From Vagococcus sp. (GTDB lineage Bacteria; Bacillota; Bacilli; Lactobacillales; Vagococcaceae), in the NCBI RefSeq assembly GCF_052102835.1, contig NZ_JBQEIL010000004.1:7003-71002 (forward strand): a stretch of DNA of 64,000 bases, read 5' to 3'. Numbering within the stretch: position 1 is the first letter of the stretch; each line of letters opens with the position of its first letter. This document shows, in pieces, positions 27,805 through 37,176 of the stretch. The notes beneath the pieces were generated by a model, which did not search any database, was not told the origin of the DNA, and was given only the letters and a program-made list of their open reading frames with translations. The translations under genes were made by a program, and so were the position numbers.

Positions 27805-29817
27805 ATGTCAAATGATACCTTTTTCTATTCTCTACGTTTAGGGGTCGACCCTAAAAGTTGGGATCAGCAAAAAATGTCAGATTTAAAAAGATTCATTAAA
27901 GAAGCTAAAGTTGCTGATATTAATATTATCATTAATAGTGAGGAATTAAATGTTGGTCATATAACCAAAGAACAATTAGTTCCTTGGCTTGACATAACAG
28001 ATAAATTTAAGAAAGAACTAACACCACTAGGAGTTAGCGTTTCAATGAACCCTTGGACGAGTATCCTACATAGCGACCGTGGGCGCGTCTTAACGGATGA
28101 CTTTAATTTTAAAACGATGGTTGATTATCAAGGTCGAGCAGCAACTGCGGTCGCTTGTCCTGCAGATTTAAACTTTATAACGTATATTGCTGATATTTAT
28201 GGAGAATACGCTAAAAAGAATCCTGAATATTTATGGATGGATGATGATTTCCGTCATTTTAATCATAAACCTTTAGTTTTTGGTTGTTTTTGTGAAGCCC
28301 ATCTTGAGTTATATAATCAAGAATTAGGAACGAGTCATACTCGTGAAACTTTTGTTGAAAAAGTCTTTCAACCAGGTGAGCCGACAGTAGAAAGAAAAGT
28401 GTTTCTTAATCAAGCAAGAGCAGAGATGAAAGTTATTGGAGAAGCTATTGCAAAATCAGTTCATGAAAAATCACCAACAACAACGTTAGGATTGATGACT
28501 TCACAACCAGAGTGGCATGCTCTAGAAGCGCGTGATTGGCAAGGCCTTTTTGAAAAATTGTCAATAGATCAGCTACCAACATCAAGACCGCATTTGCCAA
28601 GCTACAATGAAATACCAGGTTTAAAATATATTCGTGAGTTTAATCGAAATGTTCGTCCTATTGCACAAATGATGGGGAAAAAAGCACAAATGATGCCTGA
28701 GCTTGAAAATTATATGTATTCTCCTTATGCTAAATCGAATAAATTTACACAGCTTCAGTTGGAAACTGTTTTATTAATTGGAGCGAAGGGAATTCTTTTC
28801 AATTTTTATGACATGATGGGAAATGGTGTTGTTTTTGGCTATAAACACCAGCAAGTCTTGGCTGAGAGTAAACCATTACTTGATTACTCTGTGGCAAATC
28901 CTATTGATTTAACAAATTTATCTGGGGTTAAAGTTCTTTTTAGTCAAGATACGGTTTACACACGTCATAGTCAAACAGGTCAATTAGAAGAAATGTTGCC
29001 TCGAGAATACGAGTGGTTATCCTTACTTTCGACATTTGGTATTAGTAGTGCCTTAGTAACGACAACAGATGTAGGAACCTTAACCAATCAAGTAGTGGCT
29101 GTGAGTGATCAAGTTTTACGTAATCTTTCTAACTTAGAAATCAAAACTTTATTTGAAAATAATCAAGTCTTACTAGATGGAACAAGCGTTAGTGTTTTAT
29201 TTGAAAGAGAGTTAGCTTACTTAATCCATGCAACTGAGATGGAATGGTTAGCACCTCACACAGGCTATCATACTTATGAGGAATGGAACGGTCCTGAAAA
29301 GATTGAAGGTGTCGAACATGCCCGAATGACAGTGATGCAACAGACGGGTGATTTAGCAAACGTCACATATCAAGATGACCAAGTAGAAGTACTAACCTCT
29401 CTCTATAATGAAACTAATCAATGGGTCGGCAATGGCATGGCAGTAATTGCTCAAAAACATTTCGTCTTGCCGATTAGTTATCATTTAAAATATGGCTGGG
29501 ATGCGCAATATGTTAGTTATAAAGAAACGATTTTTAAACGCTATTTAAAAGAAACAAAGGTTGATTACTTAGTTGAAATGCCAGTCAGTCAATTAATCAG
29601 AGAAGCGAAACGTCTATATTTAACTAACTTTACATTAGATGATTACGATACAATTCGTATTCATTTACATGATTATAAAAACGAAGCAACAATTGAAGCT
29701 CATTTAATGACACGTTATGGCAATCAAAAAGTCACGTTAAATAACGCTGGAGAGTATTTTGAAGTAGCAGTTCCATTAAATTCATTTGAAACAATAATTA
29801 TTGAATTATTGGGTTAA
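27805..29817 (+). CDS. Uncharacterised glycoside-hydrolase-like TIM-barrel protein (paralog 2)
   Basis: HSDRGR, ACPAD, WMDDDFRHFNH, GCFCEAH, RPHLPSYNE, PELENYMYS; divergent paralog of 20259-22259. Confidence 0.6.
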   Translation: MSNDTFFYSLRLGVDPKSWDQQKMSDLKRFIKEAKVADINIIINSEELNVGHITKEQLVPWLDITDKFKKELTPLGVSVSMNPWTSILHSDRGRVLTDDFNFKTMVDYQGRAATAVACPADLNFITYIADIYGEYAKKNPEYLWMDDDFRHFNHKPLVFGCFCEAHLELYNQELGTSHTRETFVEKVFQPGEPTVERKVFLNQARAEMKVIGEAIAKSVHEKSPTTTLGLMTSQPEWHALEARDWQGLFEKLSIDQLPTSRPHLPSYNEIPGLKYIREFNRNVRPIAQMMGKKAQMMPELENYMYSPYAKSNKFTQLQLETVLLIGAKGILFNFYDMMGNGVVFGYKHQQVLAESKPLLDYSVANPIDLTNLSGVKVLFSQDTVYTRHSQTGQLEEMLPREYEWLSLLSTFGISSALVTTTDVGTLTNQVVAVSDQVLRNLSNLEIKTLFENNQVLLDGTSVSVLFERELAYLIHATEMEWLAPHTGYHTYEEWNGPEKIEGVEHARMTVMQQTGDLANVTYQDDQVEVLTSLYNETNQWVGNGMAVIAQKHFVLPISYHLKYGWDAQYVSYKETIFKRYLKETKVDYLVEMPVSQLIREAKRLYLTNFTLDDYDTIRIHLHDYKNEATIEAHLMTRYGNQKVTLNNAGEYFEVAVPLNSFETIIIELLG

Positions 29818-29837
29818 AAATAAAGGAGGAATTATTA

Positions 29838-30314
29838 ATGATTACAGGGGTAAGAATTGATGGTCGTTTAATCCACGGTCAAGTCGCAAATTTATGGGTT
29901 CCTAAATTAGGAATTACAAGAGTCATGGTTGTTGACAGTGATGTCGTGACTAGTGATATCGAAAAAAACAGTTTAAAACTAGCAACACCATCCGGTATTA
30001 AACTTAGTGTGTTAACACCTGAAAAAGCCGCAACTAATCTTTTAGCAGGACGCTATGATTCGCAAAAAGTGCTCATTGTTGTGAAAAGACCAAGCTATTT
30101 GGTTAAATTAGTCGAACTTGGTATGCCGTTAGAGGTGGTTAATGTCGGAAACATGTCACGTGTGGATGGTTCAAAAACAATTACTAAATCAGTCAATGTT
30201 TTAGATCAAGACGTTCAAGATTTTGAATTGCTTCATGCCAAAGGTGTTAAATTAATTCATCAAATGGTTCCATCAGACAATGAAAGTAGTTTTATGGAAT
30301 TATTAAAAAAATAA
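29838..30314 (+). CDS. PTS mannose family IIB (copy 2)
   Basis: Protein identical to 14951-15427. Confidence 0.95.
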   Translation: MITGVRIDGRLIHGQVANLWVPKLGITRVMVVDSDVVTSDIEKNSLKLATPSGIKLSVLTPEKAATNLLAGRYDSQKVLIVVKRPSYLVKLVELGMPLEVVNVGNMSRVDGSKTITKSVNVLDQDVQDFELLHAKGVKLIHQMVPSDNESSFMELLKK

Positions 30315-30337
30315 AATAATCTAAGGGAGTGTAACAA

Positions 30338-31231
30338 ATGGAAATAGTATGGTGGCAAATTTTATTAATCACATTATACGCAGGGTATCAAATTTTAGAT
30401 GAATTGACGATTTACTCTGGTGCAGGCTCGCCTGTTTTTGCTGGTTTGTTTACCGGAATTGTCATGGGGGATATGACCGCCGGTCTAATCATCGGAGGAA
30501 GTATGCAGTTAACCATCCTTGGTGTTGGGGCATTTGGGGGAGCGTCAAGAATTGATGCCAACTCAGGAACGATTTTAGCAACGGTCTTCTCGGTTGGTTT
30601 AGGGATGAACCCAGAACAAGCTATCGCAGCGATTGCAGTACCTGTCGCAAGTTTAATGATCCAAATGGATATTTTAGGTCGTTTTGCGAATACTTATTTC
30701 GCTCACCAAATTGATAAACAAGTTGAAAATATGGATTACAAAAAAATTGAACGCAATTATTTAATGGGTGCACTATCTTGGAGTTTATCTCGTGCCCTTC
30801 CTGTTTTCTTAGCCATCGCATTTGGTGGCGAAGCTGTCAATACAGTTGTACATTATTTAAATACAGATTTGAAATGGTTAGGTGATGGTCTATCAACTGC
30901 AGGAGCTATCTTACCAGCTGTCGGTTTTGCGATTTTACTTCGTTACTTACCAGTTAAAAAACACATTGCTTACTTAATCTTAGGCTTTGTAATTACGGCT
31001 CTCTTAACAACTGTCTTTGGAAACATTCAAGCTGTTGGTGGGGTAGTGGGTACATTATCAAAAGATTTCACACAAATCTTAAATGGTTTACCAATGTTAG
31101 GTATCGCATTGATTGGTTTTGCTTTAGCCTATCTCCAGTACAAACGTGCAATTGAAACACCGGTCGCAACATCAAATGGATTGACTATCTCTGATTCAAT
31201 GGAAGGGGAAATCGAAGATGACGAACTCTAA
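30338..31231 (+). CDS. PTS mannose family IIC (copy 2)
   Basis: Protein identical to 15451-16344. Confidence 0.95.
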   Translation: MEIVWWQILLITLYAGYQILDELTIYSGAGSPVFAGLFTGIVMGDMTAGLIIGGSMQLTILGVGAFGGASRIDANSGTILATVFSVGLGMNPEQAIAAIAVPVASLMIQMDILGRFANTYFAHQIDKQVENMDYKKIERNYLMGALSWSLSRALPVFLAIAFGGEAVNTVVHYLNTDLKWLGDGLSTAGAILPAVGFAILLRYLPVKKHIAYLILGFVITALLTTVFGNIQAVGGVVGTLSKDFTQILNGLPMLGIALIGFALAYLQYKRAIETPVATSNGLTISDSMEGEIEDDEL

Positions 31232-32027
31232 ATATAAGTTAACTAAAAAAGATTTTAACCAAATTAACCGTAGAAGTTTAATGGGTTTTCAGTTGGGTTG
31301 GAACTATGAAAGAATGCAAGGATCAGGTTATCTTTATACAATTTTGCCACAATTACGTAAAATTTATGGCGATGATACGCCTGAGTTAAAAGCAATGATG
31401 AAAACACATACGCAATTCTTCAACACAAGTAACTTCTTGAATACTTTGGTGACAGGGATTGACTTAGCAATTGAAGAAGAAGAAGGAGTGGACGCGAAAG
31501 AAACCGTTGCCGGTTTAAAAACAGGTTTAATGGGACCTTTCGCAGCTATTGGGGACTCAATCTTTGGCGCATTATGGCCAACAATTTTTGGAGCAGTCGC
31601 AGCCAACATGGCAGTGAACGGTAATCCCGTCGGGATGTTAATTTGGGTGCTAGCGAACGTTTTAGTAATGTACTTCAGATGGCGTCAATTAGAATTTGCT
31701 TATAAAGAAGGGGTTTCACTAGTAACAACGATGCAAAGTAAGTTGACTGCAATCACAGATGCAGCTACTGTTTTAGGGGTTTTCATGGTTGGCGCTTTAA
31801 TCGCAACAATGATCAATGTTCATATCTCATGGGCTCCAAAAATCGGAGAATTATCGATTGATATCCAAAACAGTTTAGATATGATCTTACCTCGTTTGGT
31901 TCCACTAGCGATTGTCGGAATGGTTTATAGTTTATTAGGACGTAAGAGAATGACTTCAACAAAAGTGATCTTTATCGTTTTAATTGTATCAGTAGCATTA
32001 TCAGCATTAGGTGTGATTAGCAAATAA
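31218..32027 (+). CDS. PTS mannose family IID (copy 2)
   Basis: Protein identical to 16331-17140. Confidence 0.95.
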   Translation: MTNSKYKLTKKDFNQINRRSLMGFQLGWNYERMQGSGYLYTILPQLRKIYGDDTPELKAMMKTHTQFFNTSNFLNTLVTGIDLAIEEEEGVDAKETVAGLKTGLMGPFAAIGDSIFGALWPTIFGAVAANMAVNGNPVGMLIWVLANVLVMYFRWRQLEFAYKEGVSLVTTMQSKLTAITDAATVLGVFMVGALIATMINVHISWAPKIGELSIDIQNSLDMILPRLVPLAIVGMVYSLLGRKRMTSTKVIFIVLIVSVALSALGVISK

Positions 32028-32055
32028 ATTTAAAACACAAAGGTAGGGAAAAGAC

Positions 32056-32445
32056 ATGAAAACAATGATTTTAGTCAGTCATGGCTCATTTTGTGAAGGC
32101 TTGAAAGAAAGTGTGGAAATGATTTTAGGACCACAAGAACAATTGAAAACAGTTTCGTTATTGCCAGATGAAGAAGGCAGTGATTTTGCAGCGAAATTTG
32201 ATGCGGTTGTATCAGGAACCGACGGTGACTATGTGGTTTTTGCGGACCTTTTAGGGGGAACGCCGGCTAATGTTCTAACGAATAAAATCATGTCTGGGGA
32301 ACCGATTGAAGCATATGCAGGAATGAGTATGCCGATGATTATCGCTTATTTGAATAGTGAAATGTTGGGGGAAGCTTTTGACTTAGAAAAAGCAAAAGAA
32401 AACAGCGTGGACTTAGCAGCGTACATCAAAGAAAAATTAGGATAA
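32056..32445 (+). CDS. PTS mannose family IIA (copy 2)
   Basis: Protein identical to 17169-17558. Confidence 0.95.
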   Translation: MKTMILVSHGSFCEGLKESVEMILGPQEQLKTVSLLPDEEGSDFAAKFDAVVSGTDGDYVVFADLLGGTPANVLTNKIMSGEPIEAYAGMSMPMIIAYLNSEMLGEAFDLEKAKENSVDLAAYIKEKLG

Positions 32446-32448
32446 ACT

Positions 32449-32484
32449 AAAAAGAGTTGAGAATATTATTCTCAACTCTTTTTT
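32449..32484. terminator. Bidirectional terminator
   Basis: AAAAAGAGTTGAGAAT...ATTCTCAACTCTTTTT. Confidence 0.85.
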
Positions 32485-32686
32485 AATTTATTTTTTCGGA
32501 AAAAATAGTAGTGGCACATTCTAAGCAAAGAATCGGTGCATTTTTATATTCTAAAGTTTTAATGGGTTTATCTTGGAAGGCAGTTACTTTCGGTGGAAAA
32601 GGTTGTTTAATCCAACATTCTTCATCTGTCTTGATTTTTTTTTGACAGTGATTACAATGAAAGCTTTTCGTGGTTGATTGATACAT
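32483..32686 (-). CDS. Small putative zinc-ribbon protein
   Basis: CNHC...CLEC; AAGGAG RBS before the ATG; overlaps the end of the NUDIX gene. Confidence 0.65.
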   Translation of the reverse strand: MYQSTTKSFHCNHCQKKIKTDEECWIKQPFPPKVTAFQDKPIKTLEYKNAPILCLECATTIFSEKIN

Positions 32687-33137
32687 GTTTTTCTCTCTCC
32701 TTATTAATCAGATGTTGAATTTCTTGTTTTGGTTGATAAATAAGTTGTTCTAAAATGAGTGGCTTGAGTGCTCTTATTTCATTTTTTTTAAGCCATTCGG
32801 ACGAAACGGTTTCTTCTTTACAGCAAATATCTTGAATAGAAGTAGTGACGAGTGAAAGTTCATAAACGAAAATAAGCTGTTGGTAAGGAACCTCATCTAA
32901 GATAAAAAAGTTTTCAACAATTGCTACGAGTCGCTCGACTTTAACGTGCAGATTGGTTTCTTCTAAAACTTCTCTTACAACAGCTTGTTCTGTTGTTTCA
33001 CCAATTTTTATAGCTCCACCAGGTAAAGTTTGTGAGCCATCTTCCTCATTTGAGATGAGAACTTTATCTTCTTTTTTTAAAATACCGCAAGAGCGAATAT
33101 CGAATTTAGTTTCATTAAAAAAAGTTCGGATATACAA
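32652..33137 (-). CDS. NUDIX hydrolase
   Basis: LPGGAIKIGETTEQAVVREVLEETNL Nudix box; TTG start 8 nt after AGGAGG. Confidence 0.9.
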   Translation of the reverse strand: MYIRTFFNETKFDIRSCGILKKEDKVLISNEEDGSQTLPGGAIKIGETTEQAVVREVLEETNLHVKVERLVAIVENFFILDEVPYQQLIFVYELSLVTTSIQDICCKEETVSSEWLKKNEIRALKPLILEQLIYQPKQEIQHLINKEREKHVSINHEKLSL

Positions 33138-33163
33138 ATCATTTCCCTCCTTATCTGTAATAG

Positions 33164-33198
33164 AAAAAAGCTGAGAAATATTTAGTCTCAGCTTTTTT
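33164..33198. terminator. Bidirectional terminator
   Basis: AAAAAAGCTGAGA...TCTCAGCTTTTTT. Confidence 0.8.
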
Positions 33199-33204
33199 AT
33201 TGTA

Positions 33205-33456
33205 TCATAATGTGAAATGAACTGGGACCCATTCTCGAACGCTATTGATTAAGAAAATGTCATCCGCTTCGAGTAAATCTGCAGTCGTTAGAATGCTTTC
33301 TGTCAATAATCCTTCAGCTAAGAGCGTTTCACGCATAATCCCAGGTAACAGCCCACAATTACGAGGTGGGGTATAGAAGATTCCTTCTTTTTTTATAACA
33401 AGATTGCCATTAATGAACTCGGTCAGTTCATTTTCAGTATTCCAAAGTATCGTTTC
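33205..33456 (-). pseudogene. pabC: In-frame C-terminal remnant (83 codons) of the ADC-lyase (PabC) domain, cut off by a TAA at 33457-33459
   Basis: After ...HQQPT-TAA the same frame continues ETILWNTENELTEFINGNLV...CGLLPGIMRETLL...NSVREWVPVHFTL-TGA, typical class IV aminotransferase C-terminal motifs. Confidence 0.85.
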
Positions 33457-34923
33457 TTATGTGGGTTGTTGGTGTTTTGTATAAAGATGTCGATAATTTG
33501 TTTTATGATTTAGCAAGACAGTAGTATCCATCGGATGTTGGGCTAAACTAGCTGATAATTCATGACTTTCTTTCTCGATAGCCGTAATTTCGATTTGTCC
33601 TACCCCTCGATGGTTGATTTCAAAACGAAATTTATAGCAGCCTTCTTGATAGTCTGTTATTGCTTGTTGCCATAAAGACTCAGTCTCCTCCCGATTGAAT
33701 GGAATTTCTAAAGCCGTCGTACTTTCTTCTAAACGTCTTAAATGGCGGTCTTTTCTGAGTAATTGTCCCTCTTCAAGACGTAGCGACTCAATCAAACCAA
33801 CGCGGGGGAAGCTGGTGTTTAGAACTTGTGATTTGGCATCGACTTCATAAAATTCATCCTCAGCAATCGAATCCCAGGTAATTCCTCCACCGACACCATA
33901 ACGAGCCTTTTTAATTTTCTTATCGACTTGGATGGTTCGAATAGGGACACTAAAAATCATATCACCATCGGGCTTAATCACCCCAATCGCTCCACAATAG
34001 ACGCCACGAGGGCTATCTTCTAATTCAGTGATTAATTCCATGGTACTCTTCTTCGGGGCGCCTGTAATCGAACCACAAGGGAACAACGCTTTAAATAATT
34101 CATAGATTGTTTCGTCTGGGCTAATTTGAGCAGTAATTGTCGACGTCATTTGCCATACGGTTGGATAAGGTTCAACTGTACAAAGTTTGGTTACTTTAAC
34201 GCTGCCAGCTTCAGCGAGTTGACCTAAATCATTTCTAAGCAAATCAACAATCATGATGTTTTCTGAACGATTTTTTTCATCATTAAAAAGAAATTCTTTA
34301 TTCTTTTGATCAGTTTTTTCGTCACTACTACGCTCGATTGTACCTTTCATTGGACGAGTCTCAACTTCATTATTGGTCATTTTGAAGAATAATTCAGGTG
34401 ATGCAGATAGGATTTGGTAACGAGAAAAGTCAAAATATGACGCATATTTGACGGAGCTATGCTTTAATAAGGCATGGTAAGCTTTTAGACCATCAAAATC
34501 AGTTAAAATTTGACTATTTAATCGAATGGTATAGTTGGTTTGGTAAGTATTGCCTTCTTCGATTTCGGCGTGTATTTTAGCAATTTTATTTTGATAGAGA
34601 GAGAAGTCTGTATCTTTTTCAAAATAAAAGGGACTGATTGCTAATTCATCATTAATTATTGGAGCTATTTTATTTTCAGCGAATACGCCAAAGAGGGCAA
34701 GTGGAAAATCTTTCATTGGTTCATGTGTTTTGAGTTGTGGATTAAAGGTGTTAGCCGCTTCGTAACTGACAAAACCAGCGATGTAATAACCTTTCTTTTG
34801 ATACGCATCGATTTTTTCAAAGACCGGTGCTACCTCTTCTGAAGTATTAGCAATTAAAACATCAATTGGGTCTGTAAAGTAATAGGTTTGGTTTTCAAAA
34901 TCAAGTCTTGCTGTGGTTAACAT
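33457..34923 (-). CDS. pabB: Aminodeoxychorismate synthase component I fused to a truncated ADC-lyase domain
   Basis: SASPELFF, TRPMKG, ENIMIVDLLRNDLG, FPCGSITGAPK, RGVYCGAIG, GVGGGI; then LEEG..LR..RHL.RL and HKT lyase motifs. Confidence 0.9.
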   Translation of the reverse strand: MLTTARLDFENQTYYFTDPIDVLIANTSEEVAPVFEKIDAYQKKGYYIAGFVSYEAANTFNPQLKTHEPMKDFPLALFGVFAENKIAPIINDELAISPFYFEKDTDFSLYQNKIAKIHAEIEEGNTYQTNYTIRLNSQILTDFDGLKAYHALLKHSSVKYASYFDFSRYQILSASPELFFKMTNNEVETRPMKGTIERSSDEKTDQKNKEFLFNDEKNRSENIMIVDLLRNDLGQLAEAGSVKVTKLCTVEPYPTVWQMTSTITAQISPDETIYELFKALFPCGSITGAPKKSTMELITELEDSPRGVYCGAIGVIKPDGDMIFSVPIRTIQVDKKIKKARYGVGGGITWDSIAEDEFYEVDAKSQVLNTSFPRVGLIESLRLEEGQLLRKDRHLRRLEESTTALEIPFNREETESLWQQAITDYQEGCYKFRFEINHRGVGQIEITAIEKESHELSASLAQHPMDTTVLLNHKTNYRHLYTKHQQPT

Positions 34924-35486
34924 GATACCCTCCTAGAATCTAAAAAGTTTTTTAAGATGTGATGCCCGTGTTCTGTTAAGACAGATTCAGGGTGGAATTG
35001 CACACTCATAATAGGAAGTGTTTCGTGTTCTAAAGCCATGATAATCCCATCTTTTGTCCAAGCAACTTCTTTTAAAGGTGTTTTAATATTCGTAACCATT
35101 AGAGAGTGATAGCGTCCAATTTTAAATTCTTTGGGTAAATCTTTAAAAAGAGTGGTTGATTGATGAACAAGTGGACTTTGCTTCCCGTGTTTGACTTCAG
35201 ATGAGTGGCTAACTTTTCCACCAAAAAATTCAGCTAACATTTGGTGACCAAGGCAAACGCCTAAAATTGGTAAGTCTGCTTGATGATTTTTTAAAAAATC
35301 CAAGCTATCAGGGTAATCAGAAGGTTGTCCCGGTCCCGGAGATAAAATAACAGCTGAATAAGCATCAAACGATTGAATAGTATGAAGGTCGTCATAATTA
35401 ATAATGGAAACCTTTTCATTAAGTTCTAGAAAATACTGATAGAGATTGTATGTAAACGAGTCATGATGATCAATCATTAAAAGCAT
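34917..35486 (-). CDS. pabA: Aminodeoxychorismate synthase component II (glutamine amidotransferase)
   Basis: IDHHDSFTYNL, SPGPGQP, GVCLGHQ, RYHSL, QFHPES. Confidence 0.92.
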   Translation of the reverse strand: MLLMIDHHDSFTYNLYQYFLELNEKVSIINYDDLHTIQSFDAYSAVILSPGPGQPSDYPDSLDFLKNHQADLPILGVCLGHQMLAEFFGGKVSHSSEVKHGKQSPLVHQSTTLFKDLPKEFKIGRYHSLMVTNIKTPLKEVAWTKDGIIMALEHETLPIMSVQFHPESVLTEHGHHILKNFLDSRRVSC

Positions 35487-35709
35487 TTTTTTCCTCCTTA
35501 AGTAATAACAATTTTTTATTTCTGAAAGAGTGAGGCCGATTTTAAAGCGGTAACCTCCTTCAAATCAAAATCAGATTAACACAAATTAAGGAAAAGATAA
35601 ATGCTAAATTAGAAACTAAGGAGGATTTTTTGATTAAAAAAAGAAGGACTAAAAAAAATAAATGAGTCGTGTTAAACAACAAAGAAAGCGCATATAAAAG
35701 ACAAAGCTA

Positions 35710-35718
35710 TGCTATAAT
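35710..35718 (+). promoter_or_regulatory. Extended -10 promoter of the fol operon
   Basis: TGCTATAAT, 37 nt upstream of the folB ATG. Confidence 0.55.
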
Positions 35719-35755
35719 TGAACGTATCTAAAAAAATTTTAAGGAGTGAATTGAT

Positions 35756-36118
35756 ATGGGAAAAGTTCGAATTAATAACATGTTAGTTTATACGTATAAT
35801 GGTGTTATGGGAGAAGAAAAAGTCCTAGGCCAAAAGCTAGAACTTGATATCGAATTGACATTACCGATGGAAGAAGCAGGTAAAACTGATAATTTACATA
35901 AAACAATAAGTTATGCAGATGTTTATACCGATGTTAAAGCGTATTTAGAACAAAATTCATTTGATTTGATTGAGGCTGTGACTTATCATGTTCTTGATTT
36001 GTTAGGTGAAAAATATGGTGAATTATTGACGCATGCACTGGTACGTGTTCGTAAATATCATGTTCCAATTCCAGGTTTCTTTGATAATGTCGAAGTTGAG
36101 ATGGAGCGCGATTATTAA
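35756..36118 (+). CDS. folB: Dihydroneopterin aldolase
   Basis: YNGV..EEKVLGQ, TISYADV, LIEAV, RVRK motifs. Confidence 0.92.
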   Translation: MGKVRINNMLVYTYNGVMGEEKVLGQKLELDIELTLPMEEAGKTDNLHKTISYADVYTDVKAYLEQNSFDLIEAVTYHVLDLLGEKYGELLTHALVRVRKYHVPIPGFFDNVEVEMERDY

Positions 36119-36119
36119 G

Positions 36120-36605
36120 ATGAGAGCTTACTTAGCATTAGGTAGTAATTTGGGTGACCGAATGAATTACTTAAGAGAAGCCGTTCGTCGATTAGATGAC
36201 GTTTCAGGAATTAGAGTTTTAGAGAAAGCTAAAATTTATGAAACAGACCCTTATGGTGATGTTCCTCAAGATAATTTTTTAAATAGTGCAATTGCAATTG
36301 AGACGACACTAGAACCTTTAATCTTATTGGAAAAAATTCATGAGGTTGAAGCCTCATTAAATCGAGAACGTTTGATTCATTGGGGACCTCGAACGATTGA
36401 CATTGATATATTATATATGGATGAGATTGAAATGAATGAAGCAGTGTTAACGATCCCTCATAAAGAATTAACAAAACGTTCCTTTGTTTTAATTCCGTTA
36501 GCGGATGTTTTTAAAAAAGATAATTTACTAGGTCAACCAATTAAGCGTTGGATAGAAAAAACTGGCAATGCAAATGAAGTCAGAAATACAAAAGAAAGTT
36601 GGTAA
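36120..36605 (+). CDS. folK: 2-amino-4-hydroxy-6-hydroxymethyldihydropteridine pyrophosphokinase
   Basis: AYLALGSNLG, YETDPYG, FLN, WGPRTIDIDIL, PH; start moved to ATG 36120. Confidence 0.95.
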   Translation: MRAYLALGSNLGDRMNYLREAVRRLDDVSGIRVLEKAKIYETDPYGDVPQDNFLNSAIAIETTLEPLILLEKIHEVEASLNRERLIHWGPRTIDIDILYMDEIEMNEAVLTIPHKELTKRSFVLIPLADVFKKDNLLGQPIKRWIEKTGNANEVRNTKESW

Positions 36606-36611
36606 AATAAG

Positions 36612-37175
36612 ATGAATGAAGAGCAGCACAAAGCAATTGAGGATGCGGTAAAGGTTATTTTAGAAGCAATAGGGGAAGATGTTAATCGTGATGGTTTGAA
36701 AGAAACACCAAAACGTGTTGCGAAAATGTACGCTGAAGTTTTTTCCTCAGTTCGTGAAAAAGAATTTACTAATTATAAAGTATTTCCTAGTATGAATGAA
36801 GATGATATGGTGTTAGTGAAAGATATTGAGTTTTATTCAATGTGCGAGCATCACTTACTGCCATTTTATGGAAAAGCACATGTGGCTTATATTCCAAGTG
36901 ATAACAAAGTATTGGGTTTAAGTAAAGTGGCGCGAATGGTTGATTTTTGTGCGAAACGCCCAAATGTCCAAGAAGATTTAACGATTCAAATTGCCAATCT
37001 TTTAAATGAAAAGGTTCAAACAAAGGGTGTTGCGGTTTCAATTGAAGCAGAGCACATGTGTATGTCAATGCGTGGAGCGAAAGCCCGCGGTAGCTTTACG
37101 AAAACATTCCATTATGAAGGTGTTTTTAAAGAAAACAGAGAAATTAAAGAAGACTTCCTAAGAGCTCTCGACTAA
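36612..37175 (+). CDS. folE: GTP cyclohydrolase I
   Basis: [36 protein letters not shown]. Confidence 0.97.
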   Translation: MNEEQHKAIEDAVKVILEAIGEDVNRDGLKETPKRVAKMYAEVFSSVREKEFTNYKVFPSMNEDDMVLVKDIEFYSMCEHHLLPFYGKAHVAYIPSDNKVLGLSKVARMVDFCAKRPNVQEDLTIQIANLLNEKVQTKGVAVSIEAEHMCMSMRGAKARGSFTKTFHYEGVFKENREIKEDFLRALD

Positions 37176-37176
37176 G

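Larger units (their letters stand above)
29823..32446 (+). repeat. Copy 2 of the 2624-bp direct repeat
   Basis: Identity starts at the RBS (AAGGAGGAATT) and ends 1 nt after the IIA stop codon. Confidence 0.95.

Noticed and set aside
14936-32446. Composite transposon or integrative element bounded by the long direct repeats
   Set aside because: The repeats encode a PTS; no transposase, integrase, terminal inverted repeats or target-site duplication was seen.
35487-35755. THF or other riboswitch in the pab/fol spacer (hairpin at ~35532-35557)
   Set aside because: Only a short imperfect stem; no match to the THF, ZTP or preQ1 consensus features I can recognise.
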